Assembly: GCA_039588275.1 (NCBI GenBank)
Contig: JBDHAC010000006.1
Coordinates: 58,807-122,806 of the forward strand
Length of the DNA stretch: 64,000 bases
Source of the DNA: Gemmatimonadota bacterium
Lineage (GTDB): Bacteria > Gemmatimonadota > Gemmatimonadetes > Palauibacterales > Palauibacteraceae
Direction: 5' to 3'
Positions within the stretch are counted from its first letter, which is position 1, and each line of letters begins with the position of its first letter. Below the pieces are notes generated by a model that had not been told where the DNA came from, searched no databases, and saw nothing but the letters and a program-made list of their open reading frames with translations. The position numbers and the translations under genes are program-made. This document shows, in pieces, positions 9,201 to 19,189 of this stretch.

Positions 9201-10592
9201 TCAGCGCTTGAAGAGCTCCTCCTGAAGGTGACGCACGCGAGAGCGGAAGGCCGCGTCGGCCGCCATGTCCGCTTCCACCTTGTTGACCGAGTGGATGACG
9301 GTGGAGTGGTCCCGTCCCCCGAACAGGTCACCGATGTCGGAGTAGGGCAGGTCCAGGTTCGTCTTGATCAGGTACATGGCGACCTGGCGGGGAATCGTCA
9401 CGGTCCGATTCCGACGCTTCGACGTTAGCGCGTCGACCGAGACACCCCACACCTCGGCCGTCCGGAGCCGCACCTGCTCGGGAGAGGCGAGCACGATGGT
9501 CAGCTCCTCCTCGCGATCCGGACCCAGCGCGTCGCGCGCCATGTCCAGCGTGATGTCACGCCGAGTCAGCGAGCTGAAAGCCAGGAGCTTGATGAGCGCT
9601 CCTTCGAGCTGGCGCACGGATGTCCGCCGATTGCGGGCCACGTACTCGATCACCTCATCGTCGATCTGCAGTCCGTCCTCGGCCGCCTTCTTGCGCAGGA
9701 TGGCGGCACGCGTCTCGAGATCGGGCGGCTGGATATCCGTGACGAGACCCCACTCGAAACGAGACACCAGCCGTTCCTGGAGACCCGGGATCTCGGGCGG
9801 GGGGCGGTCGCTCGTTATGACGATCTGCTTTTGGGCGTCGTACAAGGAGTTGAAGGTGTGGAAGAACTCCTCCTGCGTCCCCTCCTTGTTGCCGATGAAA
9901 TGGACATCGTCCACCAGCAGGACGTCGATGCGGCGATATCGCTCTCGGAAGTCGGCAGTGCGGCCGCTCTGGATGGCCGCGATCATCTCGTTGGTGAACT
10001 GCTCCGATGGGACGTACGCGATCTTCTTCTCCGAGAACCGCTCGCGGATCGCGTGGCCGATCGCGTGCATGAGGTGGGTCTTGCCCAGGCCGGTGCCGCC
10101 CCAGATGAACAGCGGGTTGTAGGCGGTTGCCGGTGCGCTGGCGACGCGCTGACACGCCGCCGCGGCGAGCTGGTTGTTCCCGCCGATGACGAAGCGGTCG
10201 AACTTGTAGCGCTCGTTGAGGGCGGAAGCCGCCGCCGGGGGGCTGACCTCCAGTCGTTCCCGGGCGGGCGTCGGTCCGGCGGATTCGGCCGCGGACGGCT
10301 CGCCCTCGGGTCCGATCTCGGGGAACTCCAGACGCTCGTCGGTGCCGTGGTGCTCGAAGCGGAGCTGGAGCACGCGGCCGAGCTGACGTTCCGAAAGGTC
10401 GCGCAAGAGTTGACCGTACTTATCCTCGATCCACTCGACCGCGAATTTCGTGGGTGCCGCCACGACCAGCGTGTCGTCCGATAGCGACACGGCTTCCGTG
10501 GAGGACAGCCACGTACGGAACGTCTGCTCTGGAAGGACGCTCTTGGCGTCCGCCCGTATCCTGGTCCAGACTTCGCTCGCCGTCAGTTCCAT
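9201..10592 (-). CDS. dnaA: Chromosomal replication initiator DnaA
   Basis: YNPLFIWGGTGLGKTHL, QEEFFHTFN, RQVAMYL, GGRDHSTVIH. Confidence 0.99.
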   Translation of the reverse strand: MELTASEVWTRIRADAKSVLPEQTFRTWLSSTEAVSLSDDTLVVAAPTKFAVEWIEDKYGQLLRDLSERQLGRVLQLRFEHHGTDERLEFPEIGPEGEPSAAESAGPTPARERLEVSPPAAASALNERYKFDRFVIGGNNQLAAAACQRVASAPATAYNPLFIWGGTGLGKTHLMHAIGHAIRERFSEKKIAYVPSEQFTNEMIAAIQSGRTADFRERYRRIDVLLVDDVHFIGNKEGTQEEFFHTFNSLYDAQKQIVITSDRPPPEIPGLQERLVSRFEWGLVTDIQPPDLETRAAILRKKAAEDGLQIDDEVIEYVARNRRTSVRQLEGALIKLLAFSSLTRRDITLDMARDALGPDREEELTIVLASPEQVRLRTAEVWGVSVDALTSKRRNRTVTIPRQVAMYLIKTNLDLPYSDIGDLFGGRDHSTVIHSVNKVEADMAADAAFRSRVRHLQEELFKR

Positions 10593-10634
10593 CGGCCGAG
10601 GTTGAAACGGTGGAAGATCGAGACGGGGGGAATG

Positions 10635-10664
10635 ATCTTAGAGACCGCATCCGGCGACTGTCAA
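10635..10664 (-). promoter_or_regulatory. sigma70 promoter for dnaA
   Basis: Minus strand TTGACA-18 nt-TAAGAT. Confidence 0.65.
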
Positions 10665-10691
10665 ACCACGCGGACAAGCGGCTCGTCTAGA

Positions 10692-10720
10692 TTGACACTT
10701 CACGAGGTTTCGTCTACACT
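10692..10720 (+). promoter_or_regulatory. sigma70 promoter for rpmH operon
   Basis: TTGACA-17 nt-TACACT, back-to-back with the dnaA promoter. Confidence 0.75.
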
Positions 10721-10777
10721 AGTTGGCTCGACCCGGGTATGGGTCCGCGCGTGAGATTGGCGTGAGAAGGAAGCTCG

Positions 10778-10951
10778 ATGGGCAAGCCTACATATCACAA
10801 GCCGACGAACCGGAAACGGATCAAGGACCACGGCTTCCGGGCCCGCATGAAGACCAAGGCGGGGCGAAAGGTTCTGTCGCGACGGCGTCGCAGGGGGCGC
10901 AGCCGTCTAACCGTCAGTGACGAGCTTCACCGCAAACGCCGGAGCCGCTAA
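10778..10951 (+). CDS. rpmH: 50S ribosomal protein L34 (57 aa; below ORF-track cutoff)
   Basis: Manual translation [46 protein letters not shown]...; HGFRARM signature and synteny. Confidence 0.97.
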   Translation: MGKPTYHKPTNRKRIKDHGFRARMKTKAGRKVLSRRRRRGRSRLTVSDELHRKRRSR

Positions 10952-11333
10952 GGCGGAGCCGTCGTCGCGGCCTACCGGGGAACGCTTACCTCGCTCGTCG
11001 CGCGTCCGTCGCTCACGTGAGATCCGACGCGTTCTCCGCGACGGACGACGCCTCCGAGGAAGCCTGGTGGATTTGTATACAGCGACTTCGGAGCGTCACG
11101 GCGCTCGCGTAGGCGTGATCGTGCCGCGCTTCGGCCGATCCGCGGTGGCCCGCAATCGAGTCCGACGTCGGTTGAAGGAAATCGCGCGGAAGGATTGGCT
11201 CCCGCTCGCTCATCGGACGGGCACCGACCTGGACCTCATCTTGAGAGCTCGTCCACCCGCCTACGAGAGCTCGTTCAAGCAGCTTCGAGGCGCGCTCCTG
11301 CCGAGTTTCGAATCGCTATGCTCCGGAGATTGA
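10917..11333 (+). CDS. rnpA: Ribonuclease P protein component
   Basis: [25 protein letters not shown] (RNR motif); synteny; start uncertain. Confidence 0.92.
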   Translation: MTSFTANAGAAKAEPSSRPTGERLPRSSRVRRSREIRRVLRDGRRLRGSLVDLYTATSERHGARVGVIVPRFGRSAVARNRVRRRLKEIARKDWLPLAHRTGTDLDLILRARPPAYESSFKQLRGALLPSFESLCSGD

Positions 11334-11590
11334 TCGTCGGCCTGATCCGCGCGTACCAGGCGGGCATCTCACCGCTACTGCCTGCGACGTGCCGGTACAC
11401 CCCGAGTTGTTCCGAATACGCGCGGTTGGCGGTGGAGCGCTTCGGGGCCGGCCGCGGGAGCTGGCTCGCGCTGCGACGGATCCTTCGTTGCCACCCGTTT
11501 GGCGGCGCCGGCCTGGATCCGGTCCCGGGTTCCGCCAGGGGCGATGACGGCGGCCCCGCCGGACATCGTCCCTCGAGAGCCGACGCCTGA
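11318..11590 (+). CDS. yidD: Membrane protein insertion efficiency factor
   Basis: [25 protein letters not shown]. Confidence 0.96.
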   Translation: MLRRLIVGLIRAYQAGISPLLPATCRYTPSCSEYARLAVERFGAGRGSWLALRRILRCHPFGGAGLDPVPGSARGDDGGPAGHRPSRADA

Positions 11591-13434
11591 TGCAGCGGCG
11601 ACTTCTTCTGGCGGTCGCGCTCATGATCGCCGTGATGGTGTTGAGCAACGTGCTGTTCCCTCCGGTGCGCCCACCACCTGCGGCCCCCGGCGACAGCGCA
11701 CGTGTGGAGTCGGGGCCGGCCGCGCCGGAGACGCAGCCGCCCCGGGGGCAAATCGCCCGGCCGGAAGCGATCGATACCACCGCGGATACCACCCTTGCAG
11801 CGGTGCCCGTCGAGGTGCCCGTCGAGGTGACCGCCGCCGCACCCGCGGCCGAGAGCCCGGAGTCGCCCTCGAGCGACACGATCGTCGTTCGCTCGGACCT
11901 GTACGAATACCGGTTCGATACGAGGGGCGCCGAGCTGGTGAGTGCCCGGATGCGCAGCTACCGGAACTACGGTCCTGGTGCGGGCGAAGAGGAGTTGGTG
12001 GAGCTGATCCGCGAGGGCGACGCGATGTTCGGATATCGGCTCGCTGTCGGGGGTGACACGGTCGATCTTCGCGACACCGCCTTCGAGCCCAACGTTCCGG
12101 TTTCGGTGCTCGACATCCATTCGGGCGACGAGGAGCTGGTGTTCACGGGGCGGCTGGGCAACACGGCTCTCACCCTCGAGGTCACGTACCGGTTCGACCC
12201 CGACTCCTACCTGGTGACGGCGGAGGGCCGCTTCGGAGGCATCGGAGATGTCGGGCATACCGTACTGACCTCGCTCGGGCGTGGACTGAGGAGCAACGAG
12301 GCAAACCCGCGCGAGGACGCGGCGCAGAAGGCGCTCGTCTCGCGAGATCGACGCGGCAGAATCTCCTCCGAGCGCCTCGGCGGCGTAGCGGAGAACGACG
12401 TGCGTGCGATCGAGGGCGGACCGTTCAGCTGGGTCGCGTCCAAGTCGAAGTACTTCCTGGCCGCGCTGGTGTCCGAGGAAGCGGGTCCCGGTTTCGGCGG
12501 GTTGCTACTCCGCGGCACGCCGGAGCCCGATGCCGCGCACATGGAAGCCTCGCTTCCGGTGCCGGCCGGCGCGCCCGGGTTCCGCATTCAGGCGTTCATA
12601 GGGCCGCAGGACTTCGGGATGCTGAGCGAGGTCGGGCAGAACCTCCAGAACGTGAACCCGTTCGGGTGGCGCTGGCTCCAGTGGGCGATCAGGCCCCTGG
12701 CCGGCGTGATCGTCGCCGTCATGGTGTGGATGCACAACACGTTCAGCATGGCCTATGGCTGGGTGCTGGTCGTGTTCGGCGTGCTCACCCGCATCCTGTT
12801 CTTTCCGCTATATCAGAAGTCGATGCGGGCCCAAATGAAGCAGATGCAGGTGCAGCCGCTCCTCAAGGAGATCCAGGAGAAGTACAAGGACGAGCCCCAG
12901 AAGCTTCAGCAGGAGATGATGAAGCTGTACAGGGAGCACGGGATCAACCCCGCCGCCGGGTGCCTGCCGATGCTGGCACCGTTCCCGATCCTCATCACCC
13001 TGTTCTTCGTCTTCCAGAACACGATCGAGTTCCGGGGTGTCCCGTTCCTGTGGCTGCCGGACCTGTCACTCAAGGACCCGCTCTACATCGTTCCGTTGTT
13101 CATGGGCGGCTCGATGCTGTTCCTGAACTGGATCGGCCAACGCGGCATGGAGAGCAACGCGCAGATGAAGGTGATGACGTACGTGATCCCGGTCGTCTTC
13201 ACCTTCCTGTTCGCGAACTTCGCGGCCGGCCTGAACCTGTACTACGCCACGAGCAACGTCGCATCGCTCCCCCAGCAGCTGTATCTGTCGAAGGAGCGGC
13301 GCCAAATGCGGGCCAGGGCCGCGACCAAGCCGGCGGCGTCGGATGCGCTCGGCAAGCGCGGTGCGGAGTCGCCGAAGCGCGCCGCCCGGGGGCACCCGAA
13401 GGGCGGCCGCCCGAAGAAACGCAAACGCGGCTAA
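11590..13434 (+). CDS. yidC: Membrane protein insertase YidC
   Basis: QQEMMKLYREHGINPAAGCLP, FLWLPDLS, AGLNLYY; basic C-tail. Confidence 0.97.
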   Translation: MQRRLLLAVALMIAVMVLSNVLFPPVRPPPAAPGDSARVESGPAAPETQPPRGQIARPEAIDTTADTTLAAVPVEVPVEVTAAAPAAESPESPSSDTIVVRSDLYEYRFDTRGAELVSARMRSYRNYGPGAGEEELVELIREGDAMFGYRLAVGGDTVDLRDTAFEPNVPVSVLDIHSGDEELVFTGRLGNTALTLEVTYRFDPDSYLVTAEGRFGGIGDVGHTVLTSLGRGLRSNEANPREDAAQKALVSRDRRGRISSERLGGVAENDVRAIEGGPFSWVASKSKYFLAALVSEEAGPGFGGLLLRGTPEPDAAHMEASLPVPAGAPGFRIQAFIGPQDFGMLSEVGQNLQNVNPFGWRWLQWAIRPLAGVIVAVMVWMHNTFSMAYGWVLVVFGVLTRILFFPLYQKSMRAQMKQMQVQPLLKEIQEKYKDEPQKLQQEMMKLYREHGINPAAGCLPMLAPFPILITLFFVFQNTIEFRGVPFLWLPDLSLKDPLYIVPLFMGGSMLFLNWIGQRGMESNAQMKVMTYVIPVVFTFLFANFAAGLNLYYATSNVASLPQQLYLSKERRQMRARAATKPAASDALGKRGAESPKRAARGHPKGGRPKKRKRG

Positions 13435-13508
13435 CGGGTTTCGGGCGCCGCGAGCGGCTCGCTGCTCGACGGCGGCTCGGCGCTACGCCGGAGCGCGGGG
13501 CGGATCGG

Positions 13509-14372
13509 TCACCGCCGAAAGGAGAACCCGAAGCCGATCAACGTCTCGGTCTCTCGGAGGAACTGCTCCGCGCGTGACGGCCCCGTCCCCAACATGACGC
13601 CGAGGCGGGAATGCTCGCCGAAGGCGGCCCCGGCCTCCGCAGACACCATGGGCTCCCAATCCTGTTCCGCCCACCCTGCCGCCTCCGCAGACAGGTAGAG
13701 ACGGGTCCGCGATCGCGACCTCGACGTCAGCTCGACCCCGACCCGTGCGGAGGGACGCCTGACCGGATCCGAGCTGCGGACGACGACTCCGCCGCCCCCG
13801 TACACGAGCAGCCATGGGAGCGGCGCCGTTTGCAGGAGGAGCTCCAGAGCTTCGCGACTCACATCGAGGGGCTCACGCCCGCTGCTGAGCAGGAACTCAT
13901 CTCCCAGGTGCGAGCTGGAGTGATAGAACTCCGCCCGCGCCGCCACACCTCGGTAGCGAGCCCGGAGCTGAAAGCCCACGCGATAGTGGATCTCGATGAA
14001 CTCGTTGTCGGTGCTCTCCAGGTCGAAGCGCGAGAAGGCACCGGCCGCGAGGGCCCCGGCCAGCTCCAGGTCGTCGCGCGGGCGCCGGCGGATCCAGAAG
14101 GACAGGCGATCGCCCAGATCGGTCAGGGCCACCCAGCGCGCGCGCGAGGCACGCGAGACGTGAGTCACGGCCAGGCGGTGCACGGGTTCCAGAGGTGAGG
14201 AAGCGAGCGACCTGAACGGGTACCCACCCGGGTCCCGCAGGGGAGCGTCCGCGAGCTCGGCGGGTGCCTCCGGCTCCGGCGGCTCCGCAGGCTCTGCGAC
14301 CTGTCCGAGAGCCGCCACCGGAGCCAGGAAGACCAAAGTCGTGGCCGTGTACAGCGCATGTCCGCTTCGCAT
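13509..14372 (-). CDS. Exported DUF1207-like outer-membrane protein
   Basis: Signal-like N-terminus, HSSSHLGDEF motif, C-terminal GFGFSF beta-signal. Confidence 0.7.
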   Translation of the reverse strand: MRSGHALYTATTLVFLAPVAALGQVAEPAEPPEPEAPAELADAPLRDPGGYPFRSLASSPLEPVHRLAVTHVSRASRARWVALTDLGDRLSFWIRRRPRDDLELAGALAAGAFSRFDLESTDNEFIEIHYRVGFQLRARYRGVAARAEFYHSSSHLGDEFLLSSGREPLDVSREALELLLQTAPLPWLLVYGGGGVVVRSSDPVRRPSARVGVELTSRSRSRTRLYLSAEAAGWAEQDWEPMVSAEAGAAFGEHSRLGVMLGTGPSRAEQFLRETETLIGFGFSFRR

Positions 14373-14414
14373 GGAGCACCGATAATACGCGGGCCGCGCG
14401 TGGATCGCCCCTGT

Positions 14415-15833
14415 ATGTTTACCGCCATGCAAGACACCATCGCCGCGATCTCGACCGCTCCAGGTCGCTCAGGGCTCGCGCTTGTCCGCGCGAGCGGCCC
14501 CGCGGTGCCGGCCGTCGCCGCCGCGGTGGGCCTCGCGGATCTGGAGCCGCGAAGCGCGACGTACCGCCAACTGACGCACCCCGAAGACGGGCGCCCCCTC
14601 GATCGCGTTCTTGCCACGAGGTTCGTCGCGCCCGCTTCGTACACGGGCGAAGATGTGCTGGAGGTCGGGTGTCATGGGGGCGCCCTCGTCCCGGCTCTGG
14701 TGCTGGATGCGCTCTGCGCGGCGGGGGCGCGCGTAGCGGAGCCCGGCGAGTTCGCGCGCCGCGCCTACCTGAACGGAAAGCTCGACCTCGTCCAGGTGGA
14801 GGCCACGCTCGACCTCATCGATGCCCGAAGCGATGCTCACCACCGCGCGGCGTTGTTTCAGCTGGACGGCGCGCTGTCACGGCGAGTGGACCGGCTGCGC
14901 GAGGAGCTGTTGCGGTTGCAGGCGATGCTCGCCTACGACATCGACTTCCCCGAGGAGGATGATGGACCTGTTCCGAGGGACCGAATCAAGACGGCCGGCA
15001 GGCGTCTGCGCCGCGCGCTGGATGAGCTGCTCGAGAACGCTCCCGAGGGAGAGCTGCTGCGAGACGGTGCACTTACGGTCATTGCGGGACGGCCCAATGT
15101 TGGTAAGTCAAGTGTTTTCAACGCGTTACTGGGTCGGCAGCGGGCAATCGTCACGGAGATTCCGGGAACGACCCGGGACGCGATCGAGGCCCTGATCTCG
15201 GTGCGCGGGTACCCCTTCCGCTTGGTGGACACGGCGGGCATGCGGGCGGAGGCGGGGCGCGTGGAAGAGATGGGGATAGAGGTGGCTCAGCGGTACGTGG
15301 AGGAAGCGCCGCTGTTGCTCCTGTGCGCCGAGGCGGGGCGCGAGCTCTCCGAGGAGGAGCTATCGATGGCGGCGGCGACCGCGGAGAAAGGGCAGCGTCT
15401 CGTCGTGGTCCGCACGAAGGCGGACCTGCTTTCGCCGCCGGGCGAGGAAGACCGACAGGTACCGGATCCGAACCGACAGGTACCGGATCCGAGCAGACCG
15501 TCGCGACTCGCGGATACCCCGGAGGTCGTCCTCTCGACCGTCACGGGGACGGGTCTGGACGCTCTGCAGGCGGCGATGGTGGAGGCGGTGTTCGCCGGGC
15601 TGAGGGACGCGGGAGAGCCTCCGCTCGTGACGCGAGGTCGACAGATCCGAGCGCTCCGCCGGGCGCGAGACGAGGCGGGAGCTTTCGCCGAGTGCATGGC
15701 GAGAGACCTGCCGCCCGAAGTTGCCGCGACGCATCTGCAGGAGGCGACACTCGCTCTGGAGGAGTTGCTGGGTGTGGTCGAGGTCGAGGAGGTCCTCGAG
15801 GTGCTGTTCTCCTCCTTCTGTGTAGGTAAGTAG
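14415..15833 (+). CDS. mnmE: tRNA modification GTPase MnmE
   Basis: DTIAAISTAPG, SYTGED, GRPNVGKSS, GTTRD, DTAG, C-terminal FCVGK. Confidence 0.98.
   Translation: MFTAMQDTIAAISTAPGRSGLALVRASGPAVPAVAAAVGLADLEPRSATYRQLTHPEDGRPLDRVLATRFVAPASYTGEDVLEVGCHGGALVPALVLDALCAAGARVAEPGEFARRAYLNGKLDLVQVEATLDLIDARSDAHHRAALFQLDGALSRRVDRLREELLRLQAMLAYDIDFPEEDDGPVPRDRIKTAGRRLRRALDELLENAPEGELLRDGALTVIAGRPNVGKSSVFNALLGRQRAIVTEIPGTTRDAIEALISVRGYPFRLVDTAGMRAEAGRVEEMGIEVAQRYVEEAPLLLLCAEAGRELSEEELSMAAATAEKGQRLVVVRTKADLLSPPGEEDRQVPDPNRQVPDPSRPSRLADTPEVVLSTVTGTGLDALQAAMVEAVFAGLRDAGEPPLVTRGRQIRALRRARDEAGAFAECMARDLPPEVAATHLQEATLALEELLGVVEVEEVLEVLFSSFCVGK
15451..15492 (+). repeat. In-frame 21-bp tandem duplication inside mnmE
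   Basis: ACCGACAGGTACCGGATCCGA x2, encoding RQVPDPN/RQVPDPS. Confidence 0.9.
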
Positions 15834-15897
15834 CGGACCCGCATCGCGACCCGCGTCAGAAGGTGGCGGGATAAGACATGCACGAGGGCAAACGTGA

Positions 15898-15924
15898 AGG
15901 GCCCGCCCTCGGTGGGCGGGCCCT
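15898..15924. terminator. Hairpin between convergent mnmE and Fpg-like genes
   Basis: AGGGCCCGCCC-tcggt-GGGCGGGCCCT; no U tail. Confidence 0.5.
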
Positions 15925-15982
15925 CGGAAGGTGAAATGGCGAGCAGGAGCCGTCTAGGTATGCCGGCCGACGGACGCCCTGT

Positions 15983-16780
15983 CTACGCCGCCCGCTGGCA
16001 ACGGGGGCAGATGTAGGTCTTCCGCCCGAGCACCTTGAGCGACTCGAGCTCGTGGCGGCATCTGGGACAGGCACTCCCCGAGCTGCGGTAGTTGATCAGC
16101 CAGCCGGGATCCGCGTGGGCCGCCTCCCAGTGCAGCGTCGCTCGACGCAGCACCCTCTTCAGATACCGGTGCACCCGGTGGAGCTGCTCGGGGCTGATGT
16201 TCCCGACGCGCCCATCGGGGCGGAAGCCGGACTGGAAGCAAATCTCGTCCGCGTAGTCGTTGCCGATGCCCGCGATGATCTCCTGGTTCATGAGGAACCC
16301 CTTCAGAGACGCCCGGGGGTGGGCGGCGGCGAGGTCCACGAATCGTTCCGGCGTGAGGTCCTCGCTGAGCGGATCGATCCCGAGGTTCTCGAGGTTGCCG
16401 AGTCCCGAGAAATCGTCACGCTCGACGATGTGCACGATGCCGCGTACGCCGGAGGAGCTGAATCGCAGCTCCCGGCCGGCGGCGAATTGCAGGCGGATCC
16501 TGGTTCGCTCCGTCGCTGGCGCGGTCTGGGATTCGAGGCGGAGCGCGCCGTCCTCTCCCATGTCGAAGACGAGGCTGTGCTCCGATCGAAAACGGAGAAC
16601 GACATACCTGCCGTGCCGCTCGACGGACTCGATGACGTGGCTCTCGAGCACCTCCTCGGCAAGGTCGATCGGAATGTCTACGAGATCCGGGTCGTCGATG
16701 ATGACTGTGGAGATCGTCTTCCCGGTCGTGTAACCGGCAAAGCTGTCGATCATCCGCTCGACATCGGGAAGTTCTATCAT
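15983..16780 (-). CDS. Fpg/Nei family DNA glycosylase-like protein (atypical N-terminus)
   Basis: xELPDVE start, LGIDPL, H2TH IAGIGNDYADEICF, zinc finger CPRC..CPRCQ. Confidence 0.88.
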   Translation of the reverse strand: MIELPDVERMIDSFAGYTTGKTISTVIIDDPDLVDIPIDLAEEVLESHVIESVERHGRYVVLRFRSEHSLVFDMGEDGALRLESQTAPATERTRIRLQFAAGRELRFSSSGVRGIVHIVERDDFSGLGNLENLGIDPLSEDLTPERFVDLAAAHPRASLKGFLMNQEIIAGIGNDYADEICFQSGFRPDGRVGNISPEQLHRVHRYLKRVLRRATLHWEAAHADPGWLINYRSSGSACPRCRHELESLKVLGRKTYICPRCQRAA

Positions 16781-16939
16781 ACGCGTCGCTCCGGGATCGA
16801 GGCTCGCGGCAAGGGTACACCGATAGTTCTGAAAAGGATCCTTCTTCGGAACGCTCGGAGATCGGGGAAGGTTCCGGGCACAGCGGAGCGTGCGGCTGCG
16901 GAGCTCAGCCGGGGGCGCGGGCGCGGACGGCGTTGTAAG

Positions 16940-17209
16940 TTATTGTAGTATATTAAATTCCGTGGATTCGTCAGACTCTGCCGGGATCTCGGTCAAGGCG
17001 TCGACGCGCGCGGTCCGCGGTCCCCGCCCGAGTCGGGCGTACAATTCCGAAACAGCGTCGGGGTCACCCCGGACGTGCACCTCGACGGCTCCATCCGGCC
17101 GGTTCCGGACGCTTCCGGCCAGGCCCAGCGTCCGCGCCTGCCGAGCGGTCCACCAACGGAATCCCACGCCCTGAACGCGCCCCCGCACCAGAAATCCTTT
17201 GCTCGTCAC
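16940..17209 (-). CDS. acyP: Acylphosphatase
   Basis: VRGRVQGVGFR..GSVRNRPDGAVEV at the 3' end of a long ORF-track frame; GTG start at 17209. Confidence 0.92.
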   Translation of the reverse strand: MTSKGFLVRGRVQGVGFRWWTARQARTLGLAGSVRNRPDGAVEVHVRGDPDAVSELYARLGRGPRTARVDALTEIPAESDESTEFNILQ

Positions 17210-17284
17210 GGCCGTAAGATCCCGAGCCTGCCTGAATCCGGCAAGCTGGCCCGATACCACCCCCGGTGGGTATTCTTGGGCGCC

Positions 17285-19189
17285 ATGAAATACGATGTGA
17301 TCGTGATCGGTGGCGGCCATGCGGGTTGCGAAGCGGCGAACGCCGCGGCGCGGCTCGGGGCGCGAACTGTTCTCGTGACCTCCTTCCTTGCCCGGGTCGG
17401 GCAGATGTCCTGTAACCCCGCCGTCGGCGGGATCGCGAAGGGCACGGTGGCACGGGAGGTAGACGCGTTGGGCGGCGTGATGGGGAGGGCGACCGATCGG
17501 TCGATGTTGCATTTCCGGATGCTCAACCGCTCCAAGGGCCCCGCGGTGTGGGCCCCGCGCGCACAGTGCGATCGCGGCCTGTACCCACGGGCGGTCCGAT
17601 CCCTGCTGGAGCAGAGCCCACGACTCGACCTTTACCAGGGGACGGTGGAGAGTCTGATCGTCGAGGGCGGGAGGGTCACAGGCGTCTGGTGCCGCGATGG
17701 ATCCCGCATGGCCGCGACCCGAGTGGTGTTGACGGCCGGAACCTTCCTGCGCGGGGCCATCCGTATCGGCGTGGACCGCGCGATCGAGGCGGGCCGGGCC
17801 GGAGACGCCCCCGTCGTCGAGTTGGCGGAGCAGCTGCTCGGACTGGGGCTGGAGGCGGATCGGTTCAAGACCGGGACACCGCCGCGGGTTGACGGCCGGA
17901 CGGTGGATTTCTCGCGGCTGGAGCGCCAGGACAGCGACATTGAGGGTGGGCGGTTTTCGCACTGGGAGCGCTCTGAAGGACTGGAGCGCCGGGCATGCTG
18001 GTTGGTCAAGGCGGGATCGGAGGTTCAGGAGATCGTCGCCGAGAACCTGGGTCGCTCGGCGTTGTACGGCGGCGCGGTCGCGTCGCGGGGCCCCCGCTAC
18101 TGCCCGTCGATCGAAGACAAAGTCGTGAAGTTCCCGGAGGCCCCGTCGCACCAGGTGTTTCTCGAGCCTGAAGGGCTGGAGACGGACGAGCTGTACGTCA
18201 ACGGACTCTCGACGTCTCTTCCACCGGATGTGCAGCGCGCGTTCCTGGCAAAGGTCCCCGGCCTCGAGAACGCGCGCATGACGCAGCCGGGGTACGCGAT
18301 AGAGTACGACTACTTTCCGCCGCAGCAACTCCGACCGACGCTCGAGCTGAAGCCGCTTCCCGGTCTTTACCTGGCGGGACAGATCAACGGCACCACGGGG
18401 TACGAGGAGGCAGCGGGTCAGGGCGTCGTCGCCGGAATCAACGCCGCCCTCGCCGCGCTCGAACGCGAACCGTGGATCCCTAAGCGGGACGAAGCGTTCC
18501 TGGGCGTGCTGGTGGACGACCTGATCACCCGGGGCGTCGATGAACCGTACCGATTGTTCACCTCCCGAGCGGAGTTTCGTCTACTGCTACGTCAGGACAA
18601 CTGTCTTCCGCGGCTGGGGCCCACCGCGGAGCGCCTGGGGTTGCTGCGCGACGATGAGCGAGCGGTCCTCGAGCGCCGATTGGAGGAGCGGGAGCGAATC
18701 GGATCCTGGGCGAGCGCGGCGCGAGTGAATCCGGGGGAGGTGAACGATTTCCTGGAGTCCGTTGGGAGCTCGCCCCTGAAGCAGACCGGGCCGCTTCGAC
18801 AGCTCGTGCTTCGCCCGGAAGTCCGGCTCATGGACCTGCTCGGTCCCGGTAAACCGTTGGGGGATCAGGGGTTCGACCGCGATGCCCTCGCGTCGGTCGA
18901 GATGGACCTCAAATACGCCGGCTACATCGAGCGAGACCGACTGCGCGCGCAGGCACTGTCCAGGCGTGAGGAGGTCGCGATTCCTGCCGATCTCCCGTTC
19001 ATGAAGCTCGCGTCGCTCTCATACGAAGCCCGCCAGAAGCTCGACCGCGTGCGCCCGGGCACGATCGGCCAGGCGGGACGCATCCCCGGCGTCTCTCCGG
19101 CGGATCTGCAAAATCTCCTCGTGGAGATCCACAAGCGCGCCGCTGCGGGGGAGACCGCTGCGAGCCCCCTCGCGGCTGACCTGGCCTAG
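17285..19189 (+). CDS. mnmG: tRNA uridine 5-carboxymethylaminomethyl modification enzyme
   Basis: GGGHAGCEAA, MSCNPAVGG, GPRYCPSIEDK, AGQINGTTGYEEAA. Confidence 0.99.
   Translation: MKYDVIVIGGGHAGCEAANAAARLGARTVLVTSFLARVGQMSCNPAVGGIAKGTVAREVDALGGVMGRATDRSMLHFRMLNRSKGPAVWAPRAQCDRGLYPRAVRSLLEQSPRLDLYQGTVESLIVEGGRVTGVWCRDGSRMAATRVVLTAGTFLRGAIRIGVDRAIEAGRAGDAPVVELAEQLLGLGLEADRFKTGTPPRVDGRTVDFSRLERQDSDIEGGRFSHWERSEGLERRACWLVKAGSEVQEIVAENLGRSALYGGAVASRGPRYCPSIEDKVVKFPEAPSHQVFLEPEGLETDELYVNGLSTSLPPDVQRAFLAKVPGLENARMTQPGYAIEYDYFPPQQLRPTLELKPLPGLYLAGQINGTTGYEEAAGQGVVAGINAALAALEREPWIPKRDEAFLGVLVDDLITRGVDEPYRLFTSRAEFRLLLRQDNCLPRLGPTAERLGLLRDDERAVLERRLEERERIGSWASAARVNPGEVNDFLESVGSSPLKQTGPLRQLVLRPEVRLMDLLGPGKPLGDQGFDRDALASVEMDLKYAGYIERDRLRAQALSRREEVAIPADLPFMKLASLSYEARQKLDRVRPGTIGQAGRIPGVSPADLQNLLVEIHKRAAAGETAASPLAADLA

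Noticed and set aside
15870..15930. c-di-GMP-I riboswitch (GGCAAAC seen)
   Set aside because: The second stem and GNRA/receptor are missing, and it lies between convergent gene ends
16940..18328. 462-aa ORF as a large acylphosphatase fusion
   Set aside because: The upstream part is antisense to mnmG; only the last 89 codons are acylphosphatase
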